Virus record (IMG/VR): IMGVR_UViG_3300020125_000260
DNA: 64,000 nucleotides
From: an uncultured virus (IMG/VR IMGVR_UViG_3300020125_000260)
Lineage: Duplodnaviria; Heunggongvirae; Uroviricota; Caudoviricetes
Strand: one strand, 5' to 3'
Under the pieces are notes generated by a model. That model did no database searches. It saw only the letters and a program-made list of their open reading frames with translations, and had not been told where the DNA came from. Shown here piece by piece: positions 37,995 to 47,032 of the stretch (its first letter is position 1; every line of letters begins with the position of its first letter). The translations under genes were made by a program, and so were the position numbers.

Positions 37995-38312
37995 TTACCT
38001 CATCTCTTTCAACCACTGGAACCAGATGGATTCTCTAAACTCATGAGCACACTTTGGCCACTCGGCCCAGTCGTAAGGCAAGGCATTCAGCACCGCGCAA
38101 ATCATCCTGCCTGCTCTGCGGTTGCTCACGTCCCCGGCCTTCTGGCCTGTAAGTACATGAGTAATAGTCATGCTGTAGTCGCTCGCCTTGGCCACGGCCC
38201 AATGGCCACGCCACGGCAACGCGGGAACGCTCTTGCGCGCTAACCTGCCCCGATCATAGGTTTGGATAGCCACAGAAGAAACAAACCTCAGCTTATGTCC
38301 AGTGTCGGTCAT
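37995..38312 (-). CDS. Early hypothetical protein
   Basis: Coupled ORF. Confidence 0.5.
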   Translation of the reverse strand: MTDTGHKLRFVSSVAIQTYDRGRLARKSVPALPWRGHWAVAKASDYSMTITHVLTGQKAGDVSNRRAGRMICAVLNALPYDWAEWPKCAHEFRESIWFQWLKEMR

Positions 38313-38608
38313 GACGGCACCACGATTCCCTCACCGCTGGGTCGCACACGAATAACCAGCTTCGGCGATGTGAATTCCGGCGCGCAATGGCACGGGATGT
38401 TGTGGTTAAGCTCGCAAATATCGTGACACACCTTTCGTATCCGCTCCCTGATGCGGTCTCGTTTCATTACAGAGCTAAGACTATAATCCCGCTCCAACCG
38501 CCAGAGCGTCCCCGCGTACCGCATCAACGCCTCGCACTGGCGCACGGTCGCTGAGGTGTGGCGGGACATCGCGGCGACGAAGGTGAGTTTGTCTTTGGTC
38601 GTGGCCAT
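38309..38608 (-). CDS. Early hypothetical protein
   Basis: GGAGG RBS, coupled. Confidence 0.55.
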   Translation of the reverse strand: MATTKDKLTFVAAMSRHTSATVRQCEALMRYAGTLWRLERDYSLSSVMKRDRIRERIRKVCHDICELNHNIPCHCAPEFTSPKLVIRVRPSGEGIVVPS

Positions 38609-39108
38609 CAGTTCACCTCCTGTACTTCCGCGAGTTCCTCAGCCGTAAAGAACTTCGCCACTTTCTGCCACTCCGCCACGACCGCGCGATATGTCGCCTC
38701 TGCCTTGCGCGAGTCCTCGTCATAACCGAAGTCACCGCAGAAATTCTCAAACGTGCCGGGATCGTTCTTGGTAATGCAGGCGAGAACATCATACGGCGTG
38801 GGTGCATGACGCTTGCGATCATTCTTTGGCCGCTGGAATACATCCTTGGCGTTGTGTTCCTCATCCGCATAGCTATTCCAGAAGTCCAGATACAGCGATG
38901 CGCGTCCAGTCGCCGCGAACGTGACGCGATAGTGCTTCCCGTGGATGTGAGTCCGCCTGGGAAACGCATTCACTTTGTCCATATCGCGTCCGGCTTCAGC
39001 ATCTGAGCAGAACGCGGGGCAATCGTTGCCCACTGGTACCGCGCTGAAGGTTATATTGTGTTTGGTGAGAATGTCCTGAGCTTGCTTCTGATAATCGGTC
39101 GTGGTCAT
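38608..39108 (-). CDS. Early hypothetical protein
   Basis: GGAGG RBS; PTPYDVLAC...FENFCGDFGYDEDSRKA motif typical of phage early proteins. Confidence 0.6.
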   Translation of the reverse strand: MTTTDYQKQAQDILTKHNITFSAVPVGNDCPAFCSDAEAGRDMDKVNAFPRRTHIHGKHYRVTFAATGRASLYLDFWNSYADEEHNAKDVFQRPKNDRKRHAPTPYDVLACITKNDPGTFENFCGDFGYDEDSRKAEATYRAVVAEWQKVAKFFTAEELAEVQEVN

Positions 39109-39363
39109 ATTGCTATCCTCCGTTTTCCGGGTGTCCCCCGTGGTTCCTGTGCGCGGGATTGCGCCGTCCTCAATCACAGTTGTAATAACTCAGCGTGATG
39201 TAGATGAAGCTGTCAGGATGCCAGCAAGGTGTTGCATCCTGGAACGGGTCGAGCCGCACTACATCCGCGTAATATTCCGATTTCAACAGGTAGACGTTGT
39301 TAACTCGCGTGACTGGCATGATCCGTGATCCTCCGTTTATAGACTGTCCGTCTTGGTTGTGAG

Positions 39364-39645
39364 TTACGTGGTAACCCTGAATCCATTCGCCACAGCAAAC
39401 GGCTTCAGCACGTTGTGCCAATAGTTTGTGTTGTTGCCGTTCTCGCCATCGAACGGATAACCTGTGACCGTGACAAACACGCATTCCGCGCGTGCAAGGT
39501 CTGAGAATCCAACAGTCTTAGCCGATAGCCTAGCGACTGTGATTCCCTTGTCCGCCAGCTGTGAAGCGATTAGTTTCTTAGCTTGTGCAGGCGTCAGTGG
39601 TTCCGCTGGCTTCATGTTGAAGAGTGTTGCGTTAGGCATGACCAT
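39364..39645 (-). CDS. Early hypothetical protein
   Basis: GGAGG RBS. Confidence 0.55.
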   Translation of the reverse strand: MVMPNATLFNMKPAEPLTPAQAKKLIASQLADKGITVARLSAKTVGFSDLARAECVFVTVTGYPFDGENGNNTNYWHNVLKPFAVANGFRVTT

Positions 39646-39682
39646 CGTTGTGACCTCCGTTTAAAGTCTGTCCGACTGTGCG

Positions 39683-39904
39683 CTACCGCTGCTCCTCAAT
39701 AACTATAGGAATCCCCGTGAGCGCGTTATCCAACTGCTTGCGATGGATCGTAAACACGCTGCTGCTGCCATATTCAAACGGCATGATGTCAACGTGCTCA
39801 GCCTTGCGAGATGGCACCGCCACCCAAGTGCATTCAATTTCCCGTCCATCAGCACGACGGAGCACCACAGCAACTTTGTCGGAGATCAATCGCTTACGCT
39901 TCAT
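39683..39904 (-). CDS. First gene of the leftward early operon
   Basis: GAGGA RBS just downstream of the promoter. Confidence 0.5.
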   Translation of the reverse strand: MKRKRLISDKVAVVLRRADGREIECTWVAVPSRKAEHVDIMPFEYGSSSVFTIHRKQLDNALTGIPIVIEEQR

Positions 39905-39926
39905 AGAATCCTCACCCACAGACGCT

Positions 39927-39956
39927 ATTATCCCGCCGGGAGTATCCCCGTGTCAA
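39927..39956 (-). promoter_or_regulatory. Leftward early promoter with 14-bp operator-like site
   Basis: TTGACA-N18-GATAAT; CGGGGATACTCCCG in the spacer. Confidence 0.65.
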
Positions 39957-40058
39957 TGACAAAGTTTGTCACTGGGCTGTGGAAAACTGGTGACGTGGAG
40001 TGTCACAATATGATTAACAATAGATCCCCGCTCTCGGAAGTTTGATATCCTCAAGGCA

Positions 40059-40373
40059 ATGCAGCCCGCTGATACCATTCAAGAGGTGAGGACGCGATTC
40101 TTGGCGATGTCCTGCATTATGGGCACGATTGAATGGTCCTGTCCGCGATGTGGGCACGTTCAACGAGACAAGCTATCACGAATGCAATATAAGATTCGCT
40201 GTAGGCGATGCCACGTGACTTATGAGCATGGCAGTGTGTTCCGTCCCCCTGTTCGCGGGCGCAATCGCGCCAAGCCCAGGGATATCCAGCTGGAACTGGC
40301 GCCGCTACGACGGTCATTAATACTACGCCGCCGGCTGAGTGATCGCGGATGTATCAACGTGTTAATTAAGTAG
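40059..40373 (+). CDS. Zinc-ribbon protein
   Basis: CPRC...CRRC; TGaTATCCT 7 nt before ATG (possibly leaderless). Confidence 0.5.
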   Translation: MQPADTIQEVRTRFLAMSCIMGTIEWSCPRCGHVQRDKLSRMQYKIRCRRCHVTYEHGSVFRPPVRGRNRAKPRDIQLELAPLRRSLILRRRLSDRGCINVLIK

Positions 40374-40920
40374 TAACGCCACCCATGCTGGACTACGACC
40401 ATGCTGGCCACATCATCCGCTATGACCGCTTATGTCAATATCACCCACTGCGACTACGCCACCCGTCTACGCCTAACCTTCGCCCAGTGATTATCGGTGC
40501 CGGAGGTGATCCCGTGCGATTGTCCGAACGGTCCGGTGGCCAGGTTGCGCTACGGGGACGGCGGGATTCGTATATTCATAAAAAATTTTAAAATTTTCTC
40601 ATAATCACCCTGATTTGCCCTCCCTTGAAGATTCTCCTTGACATTGCGGGGGCGAATGCGGGATTATTCACCTCGGTGATGAAAATCCTCTACAAGCTAC
40701 GAAGTTGGGCCAATTCCCTGATCTGTGTCTTCCTAGGGCATAACATAGTCAGCCGAACCGCCCTGCCGTTCTATATTTCGGGGGTGCTTCACAAGGACGT
40801 AGACGCAATCTGCCTGCGGTGCAGCAAGCCATACATATTCGTAAAGGCCATCACCGACAGCGTGTTCCAGCCGAGTCCCTTGCTGCAACGACTTAGAGAT
40901 AAGCAGGGAGAAGACCCTAA

Positions 40921-41148
40921 ATGACTATCATAGCTGCCCGCGACACCTCTGCCTGGCCCATCAAGCCCTCGCAGATCATCTCCCTGCGCCAGCGGCTGGG
41001 CAAGACACAGGTCGAGTTCGCGAGGCTGCTGTCGGCTGATCCATCCACTGTCGGCCGCTGGGAGACCGGTGCCGCCCAGCCAAGGCGCATCTACGTCCGG
41101 TTGCTGATTAAGATGATGCAGGAGCGGCGGTGCGGGAGAACCACTTAG
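40921..41148 (+). CDS. XRE/Cro-like HTH regulator
   Basis: LRQRLGKTQVEFARLL...TVGRWETG. Confidence 0.85.
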   Translation: MTIIAARDTSAWPIKPSQIISLRQRLGKTQVEFARLLSADPSTVGRWETGAAQPRRIYVRLLIKMMQERRCGRTT

Positions 41149-41337
41149 ATGAATTTTCGTTGCCCAGTTTGTCTATTTAGTGAGATGCCATATCCTCCGT
41201 CTGACTACAACATATGCCCACGCTGCGGAACTGAATTCGGCAATGACGATGCCGACTTCACCCATGAAGAGTTACGTGATCACTGGATCATGAGCGGAGC
41301 TAATTGGTTTTATGGGAATCCTCCAGCGAAATACTGA
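41149..41337 (+). CDS. CPCC-like Cys-rich protein
   Basis: CPVC...YNICPRCGTEFGNDD. Confidence 0.6.
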   Translation: MNFRCPVCLFSEMPYPPSDYNICPRCGTEFGNDDADFTHEELRDHWIMSGANWFYGNPPAKY

Positions 41338-41479
41338 ACCCGAGCGTTGTCCTGAGCCCCTATGCAACGGCTTGCGTGATCAGCCTCAAATTATCAAGCT
41401 GGATCCATCGACTCGGGTGGTTTGCAAACACCCATTTCATCGTTCTGTAACTAAACCCAACGAAACGGAAAGGCAATCC

Positions 41480-41686
41480 ATGTCGAAGCAATACGTTCTG
41501 GTTGTAGACGACCTGCGCGGGCATCCGCGCTTCACTCTGTATAACGCACTCGCGACCGGCGATGTCGCGGGAGTCTCCGATACGTCCCGCTGGGCGCAGG
41601 TGGCCAATGGCAACGCGCCATTCACGCAGTCGGGCTTGGCGGAGGAGAACGCCGTCACATTCACGCTCACTGCGACCGAGCCCTGA
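41480..41686 (+). CDS. Hypothetical protein
   Basis: GGAAAGG RBS. Confidence 0.45.
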   Translation: MSKQYVLVVDDLRGHPRFTLYNALATGDVAGVSDTSRWAQVANGNAPFTQSGLAEENAVTFTLTATEP

Positions 41687-41693
41687 TTCAGCC

Positions 41694-42356
41694 ATGTGCC
41701 CTCGCAAGAAGCCGTCCGCGGAGATCGCCCGTATCAACCGGGTGATCCCGCGCCTTGAACTCGCCGCCGCGCTGGAGATGTCCGGCGGCGAGGACGAAGC
41801 CCTGCTGGCCAAGCTCCTTCGCTCCACTGGCGACAGCTCCCGGCGCAACATCTCCACCCTCGCGATGGACATCGGCGTGCCCTACCGCCGGGTGGTGGAG
41901 TGCTACCGCGACATGAAACGGCTGGAAGGCGTGGTCGCGGTGGCGATGCGGCTGCCGAAGGTGATGGAGGACGTGGCAGCGGACGCGGAATCGAAGGAAG
42001 TCACCTGCGCGCAGTGCGAGGGCAGCGGCCAGATTGTTATAAAGCGTGATAGCGAAGGCCTGCCGACCGAGACCAAGCTCTGCATCCCCTGCGAGGGCCG
42101 TGGTCGCGTGGTCAAGTCCGGTGATCCCGTCGCTCGCAAGCAGGTGCTCGATATCATGGAGCTGACCGGCAAGGCTCCGATCTGGGCACCGGGGTCGAAC
42201 ATCCTCGCCACTGGGGAATCGCTGGAGGACACTCTCCGCGCCGTGCGCCGGGGGAAGGAGCAGTCGAATGGCACTCGTACAGATCAACGCGGACCTGAAG
42301 GAAACCAACAAGATCCTCGAACGATTGACGCGGACGATGGAACGCATACTCCTTGA
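41694..42356 (+). CDS. Terminase small subunit candidate with DnaJ-type zinc finger
   Basis: HTH-like ISTLAMDIGVPY; CAQCEGSG and CIPCEGRG; upstream of TerL. Confidence 0.4.
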   Translation: MCPRKKPSAEIARINRVIPRLELAAALEMSGGEDEALLAKLLRSTGDSSRRNISTLAMDIGVPYRRVVECYRDMKRLEGVVAVAMRLPKVMEDVAADAESKEVTCAQCEGSGQIVIKRDSEGLPTETKLCIPCEGRGRVVKSGDPVARKQVLDIMELTGKAPIWAPGSNILATGESLEDTLRAVRRGKEQSNGTRTDQRGPEGNQQDPRTIDADDGTHTP

Positions 42357-42534
42357 GGCGTATGGCGTGGCCCTCGGCTCCTGCGTGGAGAAGGCCCCCG
42401 ATCCGCATCCCGAGCTGGAGCCGACGGTTGAGTATCACACCGACACCGATACCCTGCGCGAGGAGCTGAAGACACTAGCGGGGTACACTCCGCCCGAGGC
42501 TGCTGGCGAGGACGAGGATGAGTTCGGGGTATGA
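42268..42534 (+). CDS. Hypothetical protein
   Basis: AAGGAG RBS. Confidence 0.5.
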   Translation: MALVQINADLKETNKILERLTRTMERILLEAYGVALGSCVEKAPDPHPELEPTVEYHTDTDTLREELKTLAGYTPPEAAGEDEDEFGV

Positions 42535-42696
42535 ACCTGATTCTCTACACCTGTACCGCTGAAGGTTGCGGCTTCGTGTCTACGCGGAACTTTCGTGATC
42601 GCTGCTGCCCGGTATGCAAGGTATCCATGAAGGTGGACGTGATCGTGTTGGACGTTCATATGTCAAATCTCTATAGGCACGAAGCTCCACACGAGG

Positions 42697-43974
42697 ATGA
42701 CTCCGATGTATAGCTTAGCAGTCACTGCCCTCGAACAGTCCGCGCTGGAGAAGCATGCCAAGGTTTCCCTTGTGCGCTACGATCCAGATTATTCGTGGGC
42801 GGTTGAGGAACGCTTCGAGGCCAAGCGTCAGGCATTGGTAAAGTCCAAAGCCTTGTCCCCCGCCGCTAGCAGCGCCGAAATCATTCAACACTTCAAGGAA
42901 GATGAGCGCGAGTTCATCCGCAATGAGCGGTTGTTATGTGCACTCGACTTCGACTACTGGACGCGCTACGCATGGCTGCTCCCGGACGCTGCCGTCGGCG
43001 AGGGCGATCTCATCCGCTTCGTCGCGTGGCCCAGCCAGCAACTCATATTGGATGAGTGCGCGAGGCTGGAGGAACTATCCTACGAGCAGTACCAGCGCGG
43101 CTCCCCGCAGGATGGCGTGCTGATCGCCATCCCGAAGGCTAGGCAGGAGGGCATCTCCATCATCGCAGCCCTGCTGAAGATGCACCGCGTCAGTACCAGC
43201 CCGTTCACTCTCGCAGTCACTGCGTCCGAGAACCTCGACAAGCGTACCGCCCTCTACCAGCGCGACGAGCGAGTGTATCAGCACCTCCCGTGGTGGCTCC
43301 AGCCCGAGCGCACCGAGCCCGACATCATCAACGAGCGGCTGACCTTCGGGAAGCTGGACAGCAGCATCCTCTATCAAGACTACGCGCAGAAATCCTCCCT
43401 CGCAGCCGGTGAACAATACTTAATAGGTCACCTCAGTGAACTAGCGCAGGGTGATCAAATCTACGTGGACAAGCTGATGGAGCTGGACTACTTCCCGGCG
43501 ATCCCGCAGTCCTGGCGGACGTGCCACCTGCTGGAATCCACTCCCGCCGGCCAGGGCGGCTGGTGGCATCCGTTCATCATGGCCAACTACTCCGGTCGCG
43601 GCAGGTGGAAGGTGAAGTTCGTCCCGTGGTATATCAACCCGTTCAAATACCGTCGCGTGGCTCCGGAGGACTGGTCGCCGAACGATCACTCGCTGCTGCA
43701 CGCAGCGAAGGTGATGGAGACATCACCGCAGTATCTCGGGCGGGAGGTAGCCCTGACCCGCGAACAACTCTACTGGTGGGAGACCACGCGAGAGGAGTAC
43801 CGCAAGAAGGGGAGTCTGACGTTCTTTCTTACCAACTACCCAGCCACGCTGGAGGAATCATTCCAGTTCTCGGGCGGGTCTATCTTCGACTACGAGACGA
43901 TTGACCACTATCGCAACCGCACCCGCGCCCCCGGCGGGGCATACCAGATCACCGAGGGAGCGAGCGCGATATGA
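42697..43974 (+). CDS. Terminase large subunit, ATPase domain
   Basis: KARQEGIS (Walker A), GHLSELA (Walker B), LESTPAG (motif III), FVPWY, NYPATLEESF. Confidence 0.88.
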   Translation: MTPMYSLAVTALEQSALEKHAKVSLVRYDPDYSWAVEERFEAKRQALVKSKALSPAASSAEIIQHFKEDEREFIRNERLLCALDFDYWTRYAWLLPDAAVGEGDLIRFVAWPSQQLILDECARLEELSYEQYQRGSPQDGVLIAIPKARQEGISIIAALLKMHRVSTSPFTLAVTASENLDKRTALYQRDERVYQHLPWWLQPERTEPDIINERLTFGKLDSSILYQDYAQKSSLAAGEQYLIGHLSELAQGDQIYVDKLMELDYFPAIPQSWRTCHLLESTPAGQGGWWHPFIMANYSGRGRWKVKFVPWYINPFKYRRVAPEDWSPNDHSLLHAAKVMETSPQYLGREVALTREQLYWWETTREEYRKKGSLTFFLTNYPATLEESFQFSGGSIFDYETIDHYRNRTRAPGGAYQITEGASAI

Positions 43975-43979
43975 ATCTC

Positions 43980-44453
43980 TTAACCGATAGTCGTGCTCGG
44001 ATTCGCAGCCGTAACCGTGGTAGCTCCTACCGCTGGGGCTGCAATCGTGCAAGCCAGCACTACGTCGGGAATCTTGTCCCCGCCGGAGTCACTGGTCGCA
44101 ATCGTGAGGTTCGCTGTCCCCGGTGTGTAGCTCACCGATGCGGAGTTCCCCGTGACGCCAGCGACCGCGACCGCCGGGCCATCGCTGGTCACCGTGTAGC
44201 TGCACCGCAAGGTGATGTCCTGCGGCGGGGTGTTGCTGTCGAGCGTGTTGAACGTGAGTGTGTCAGTCCCCGGAAGGGACTTCAGCGTGGTCTGTGCCAT
44301 GTCGATCTCTCCTGTGATGGAATCAATGTGTGTGTGGGCCGGGATGGTGCGGTGAATCAGAATCCTAATAACGTGACGAAGCTCGTGGAACAACCGCTGC
44401 TGCTGATGCTCAATTCGCCTGAGCAGTTCGCGGTCGTCGCTGGTGAATATCAC
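43980..44453 (-). CDS. Antisense insert gene (helical N-terminus + Thr-rich Ig-like beta domain)
   Basis: Own promoter TTGTCA-N18-GATACT 6 nt before GTG; internal AGGAG-ATG start at MAQTTLK. Confidence 0.6.
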   Translation of the reverse strand: MIFTSDDRELLRRIEHQQQRLFHELRHVIRILIHRTIPAHTHIDSITGEIDMAQTTLKSLPGTDTLTFNTLDSNTPPQDITLRCSYTVTSDGPAVAVAGVTGNSASVSYTPGTANLTIATSDSGGDKIPDVVLACTIAAPAVGATTVTAANPSTTIG

Positions 44454-44504
44454 ACCCGGAGTATCGCATGGGTGTCGTGCTCGTGACAACTAGATGGAGG
44501 AATT

Positions 44505-44687
44505 ATGAACGCTATTAGGAATTTGATGAATTATGCTTTAGGGATAATGGCTTTCGTTATAGGAATGATGGAACTTTATCTGTCCTATACACCGAAGCCC
44601 CTAACAGCAAGCGCGACACGGGCTTGCATGGCATTCTTGTGTACCTGTGTAGCTCTTTTGTTCTGGCGCACGAAACCTCAGAAATGA
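44505..44687 (+). CDS. Small two-TM membrane protein
   Basis: GGAGG RBS; two hydrophobic segments; AT-rich. Confidence 0.55.
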   Translation: MNAIRNLMNYALGIMAFVIGMMELYLSYTPKPLTASATRACMAFLCTCVALLFWRTKPQK

Positions 44688-45598
44688 CCGCGACGCTGAC
44701 AACCTACCGCGTGGGCAAGTGGGGACTCGAAGTCGATCAATACGATGACAAGGATTGTCGGGGTCAGTTATTGGTGTGGGAACCTCCGCTCGAAAACGCA
44801 GACTACATCGTCGGCGTAGACCCGACGATGGGCATCCTCGGCTGGAACCGCGCCGTCCGCACCGACGAGGAGGAGAAGCACGACAACGCGGCGATTGAAG
44901 TGTTCCGCCGGGGGCTGTGGCGCGACATAATCTCTGAAACCGTAGACTCCAACGGCCACACCCACAAAATCTCCACTCCCACGAAATCCCCCGACGTGCA
45001 AGTCGCCGAGTGGGTCGGGCCGCTCGACGCCGAGGATTTAGCTTACGTCTGCAACTTCATCGGACGGATGTACGCTGGCAACTCCGAAGACCAGCAGGCC
45101 CTGATGGCCATCGAGATCGCCCCCGGTCCCGGCTGGCTGACCCAGCGTGTCCTCGCCTCGCAGTACGGCTACGACCGCTTCCCGCCGTGGCTGGTCGAAG
45201 GCTCGAACATGATTCAGCGCGACACCGGCAAGCGAGGGTGGATATCGAACGTCCACACCCGGCGCGACCTGTGGATTCGCGGCGCCGGACATATCAAACG
45301 CCGGAACGTGATCCTCCACTCCCGCCACTTCGTCGAGGAGATGGTGGCCTGCCGCCCGGACAACTTCCTCTCGCTCACCGCGAGGGCACAACGCTCCGGC
45401 ACCACCGGCCTGAACGACGACCGCGTGGTCGCTGGCCTGATCGCGCTGTGGTTCTGCAATGAATGGGTGATCGGCGCGGAACCTACGGAACCGGCTGCCC
45501 GCGTGGACACCGCCGCCCCGGACTGGCAGCTCAGCCCGATGTCGGCGGAGGACATGGCCGAGGCGTGGGAGGCACGGATGGCGGAGTTGCAGGAATGA
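44684..45598 (+). CDS. Terminase large subunit, RNase H-like nuclease domain
   Basis: LLVWEPP..YIVGVDPTMG..HDNAAIEV..QVAEW..MAIE..GW..NDDRVVA; ATGA-coupled start. Confidence 0.88.
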   Translation: MTATLTTYRVGKWGLEVDQYDDKDCRGQLLVWEPPLENADYIVGVDPTMGILGWNRAVRTDEEEKHDNAAIEVFRRGLWRDIISETVDSNGHTHKISTPTKSPDVQVAEWVGPLDAEDLAYVCNFIGRMYAGNSEDQQALMAIEIAPGPGWLTQRVLASQYGYDRFPPWLVEGSNMIQRDTGKRGWISNVHTRRDLWIRGAGHIKRRNVILHSRHFVEEMVACRPDNFLSLTARAQRSGTTGLNDDRVVAGLIALWFCNEWVIGAEPTEPAARVDTAAPDWQLSPMSAEDMAEAWEARMAELQE

Positions 45599-45870
45599 CG
45601 CTGATACAAATGCTACCACGAACATTCCATGCCAAGGAATTTGAGGCTGGCGTGTTCAAGCTGGCTGGCACGCTGGACGGCTTCATCGACTTCGCAACAC
45701 CGCGAGGCATCTATGTCATGAGCCTAGAATGGGCGCAGTCCCTCTGCGATGCCTTGCAGAGCTCCATCGCTGACGTAAAAGCTAACTGCCTCTACGACAA
45801 GGACGTACGTTTAGAACCTGTTGACAAAATCCAACCCCCGGAGGAAACTACCCCCAATGGCCAACGCTAA
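45595..45870 (+). CDS. Hypothetical protein
   Basis: ATGA-coupled. Confidence 0.45.
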   Translation: MTLIQMLPRTFHAKEFEAGVFKLAGTLDGFIDFATPRGIYVMSLEWAQSLCDALQSSIADVKANCLYDKDVRLEPVDKIQPPEETTPNGQR

Positions 45871-46441
45871 CACCTATGGCTCCCGGACGGCCCGGCGCAC
45901 GGAACACCAATCCTCTCCCGCGCCGGGCCAGCTCAACCAGGTGGTGATCGTCACCTGCCGGGTCGATCTCCCGGAGCACATCTACGACGCCTATGCGGCC
46001 CTGGCCGCGCGCTCGAACATCCAGGTGGAAGACCTGATGACCCAGCAGCTGGCGCGCTGCCGCGATATCATCGGCAGCGGTATCTACTTCAACGAATCGC
46101 AGAAGAAACGCCTGTCGAATGTGATCGGACATACGGTCGCCGACGCCGAGGGCGCGCTGCAACGATTGGAGACCTCCACCGTGGTAGATGTCAGCGGCTT
46201 CTCCTTCGAACTCGACCCCCGCCTGATCCAGCGGCTGAAGACCCGCGTGTTCCGCGGCGAGGAGTACTCCGACGTGATGTACCGCGAGATCGTGCGCGCG
46301 CTGATGACGTTCGCGGGGATGAATCCTCCGCTGAGCAATACGGGTGGGTGGTGGCGGCGTGGCACACGATCTCCACACAAGAATGGTAATATCCCAGTAG
46401 CGAAGGAGGTTGCCAATGGCGAAACACTCCGCATTCCATGA
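45857..46441 (+). CDS. Putative ribbon-helix-helix-like DNA-binding protein
   Basis: VDLPEHIYDAYAALAARSNIQVEDLM and a second FELDPRLIQRLK repeat. Confidence 0.4.
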   Translation: MANANTYGSRTARRTEHQSSPAPGQLNQVVIVTCRVDLPEHIYDAYAALAARSNIQVEDLMTQQLARCRDIIGSGIYFNESQKKRLSNVIGHTVADAEGALQRLETSTVVDVSGFSFELDPRLIQRLKTRVFRGEEYSDVMYREIVRALMTFAGMNPPLSNTGGWWRRGTRSPHKNGNIPVAKEVANGETLRIP

Positions 46442-46618
46442 AGACTCCCGCCCCGAGACCCCGCCTGAATACTCCCGCCGTGTGCAGGACGCGATGGATG
46501 AAGACTCATGGCGCGGCACTGACCGCGTAGGGAACGATTTCCCAGAACCGGCGGAGGTAGTCGAATACCCCGCCGACGAGACCACGCGAATCTACAAGCG
46601 GAAGCCGGGGCTATAGCG

Positions 46619-46813
46619 ATGGTAGATACCGCCCAACGCCTGACTGACGCCGAGTTCGTGGAGGAGTTACGCTCATACTTGAAGGCTAAGGTGGGCTTTG
46701 AGCAGCGGGTGCTGACCTTCCACGCCGCATCTGGTGCTATCGACCGCGAGAAGACGCTAGCGAATGTGTTGTATGCTGACATCCCTCCAGCCAAGAAGGA
46801 TAGTCTCCTGTGA
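46619..46813 (+). CDS. Hypothetical protein
   Basis: ORF in operon. Confidence 0.4.
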   Translation: MVDTAQRLTDAEFVEELRSYLKAKVGFEQRVLTFHAASGAIDREKTLANVLYADIPPAKKDSLL

Positions 46814-47031
46814 GCAACGGCAAAGACCCGACCACTGGAGGGCCGTTCCCTGGCAGCTCGCGCTCGCCAATCAACTTCAAGCAGCCAAGGGTGATGGATT
46901 TCCGTACCGCGCCGGGACTGGCTGCTGGGATCAAGCGCGTGGGTGGCAGGAGCGGAGTGTCGCGGCTGGGGAAGTCGCCGATATCGACCGAGAGCAAGCA
47001 CGGAAGGCTGAGGATCAGCCATAAGTATTGA
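46810..47031 (+). CDS. Small basic protein
   Basis: Arg/Lys/Gly-rich; coupled. Confidence 0.45.
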   Translation: MSNGKDPTTGGPFPGSSRSPINFKQPRVMDFRTAPGLAAGIKRVGGRSGVSRLGKSPISTESKHGRLRISHKY

Positions 47032-47032
47032 T

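Noticed and set aside
43975..44683. Group I/II intron or intein in terL
   Set aside because: No recognisable intron core, reverse transcriptase, homing endonuclease or intein motifs; both halves have their own stop and start
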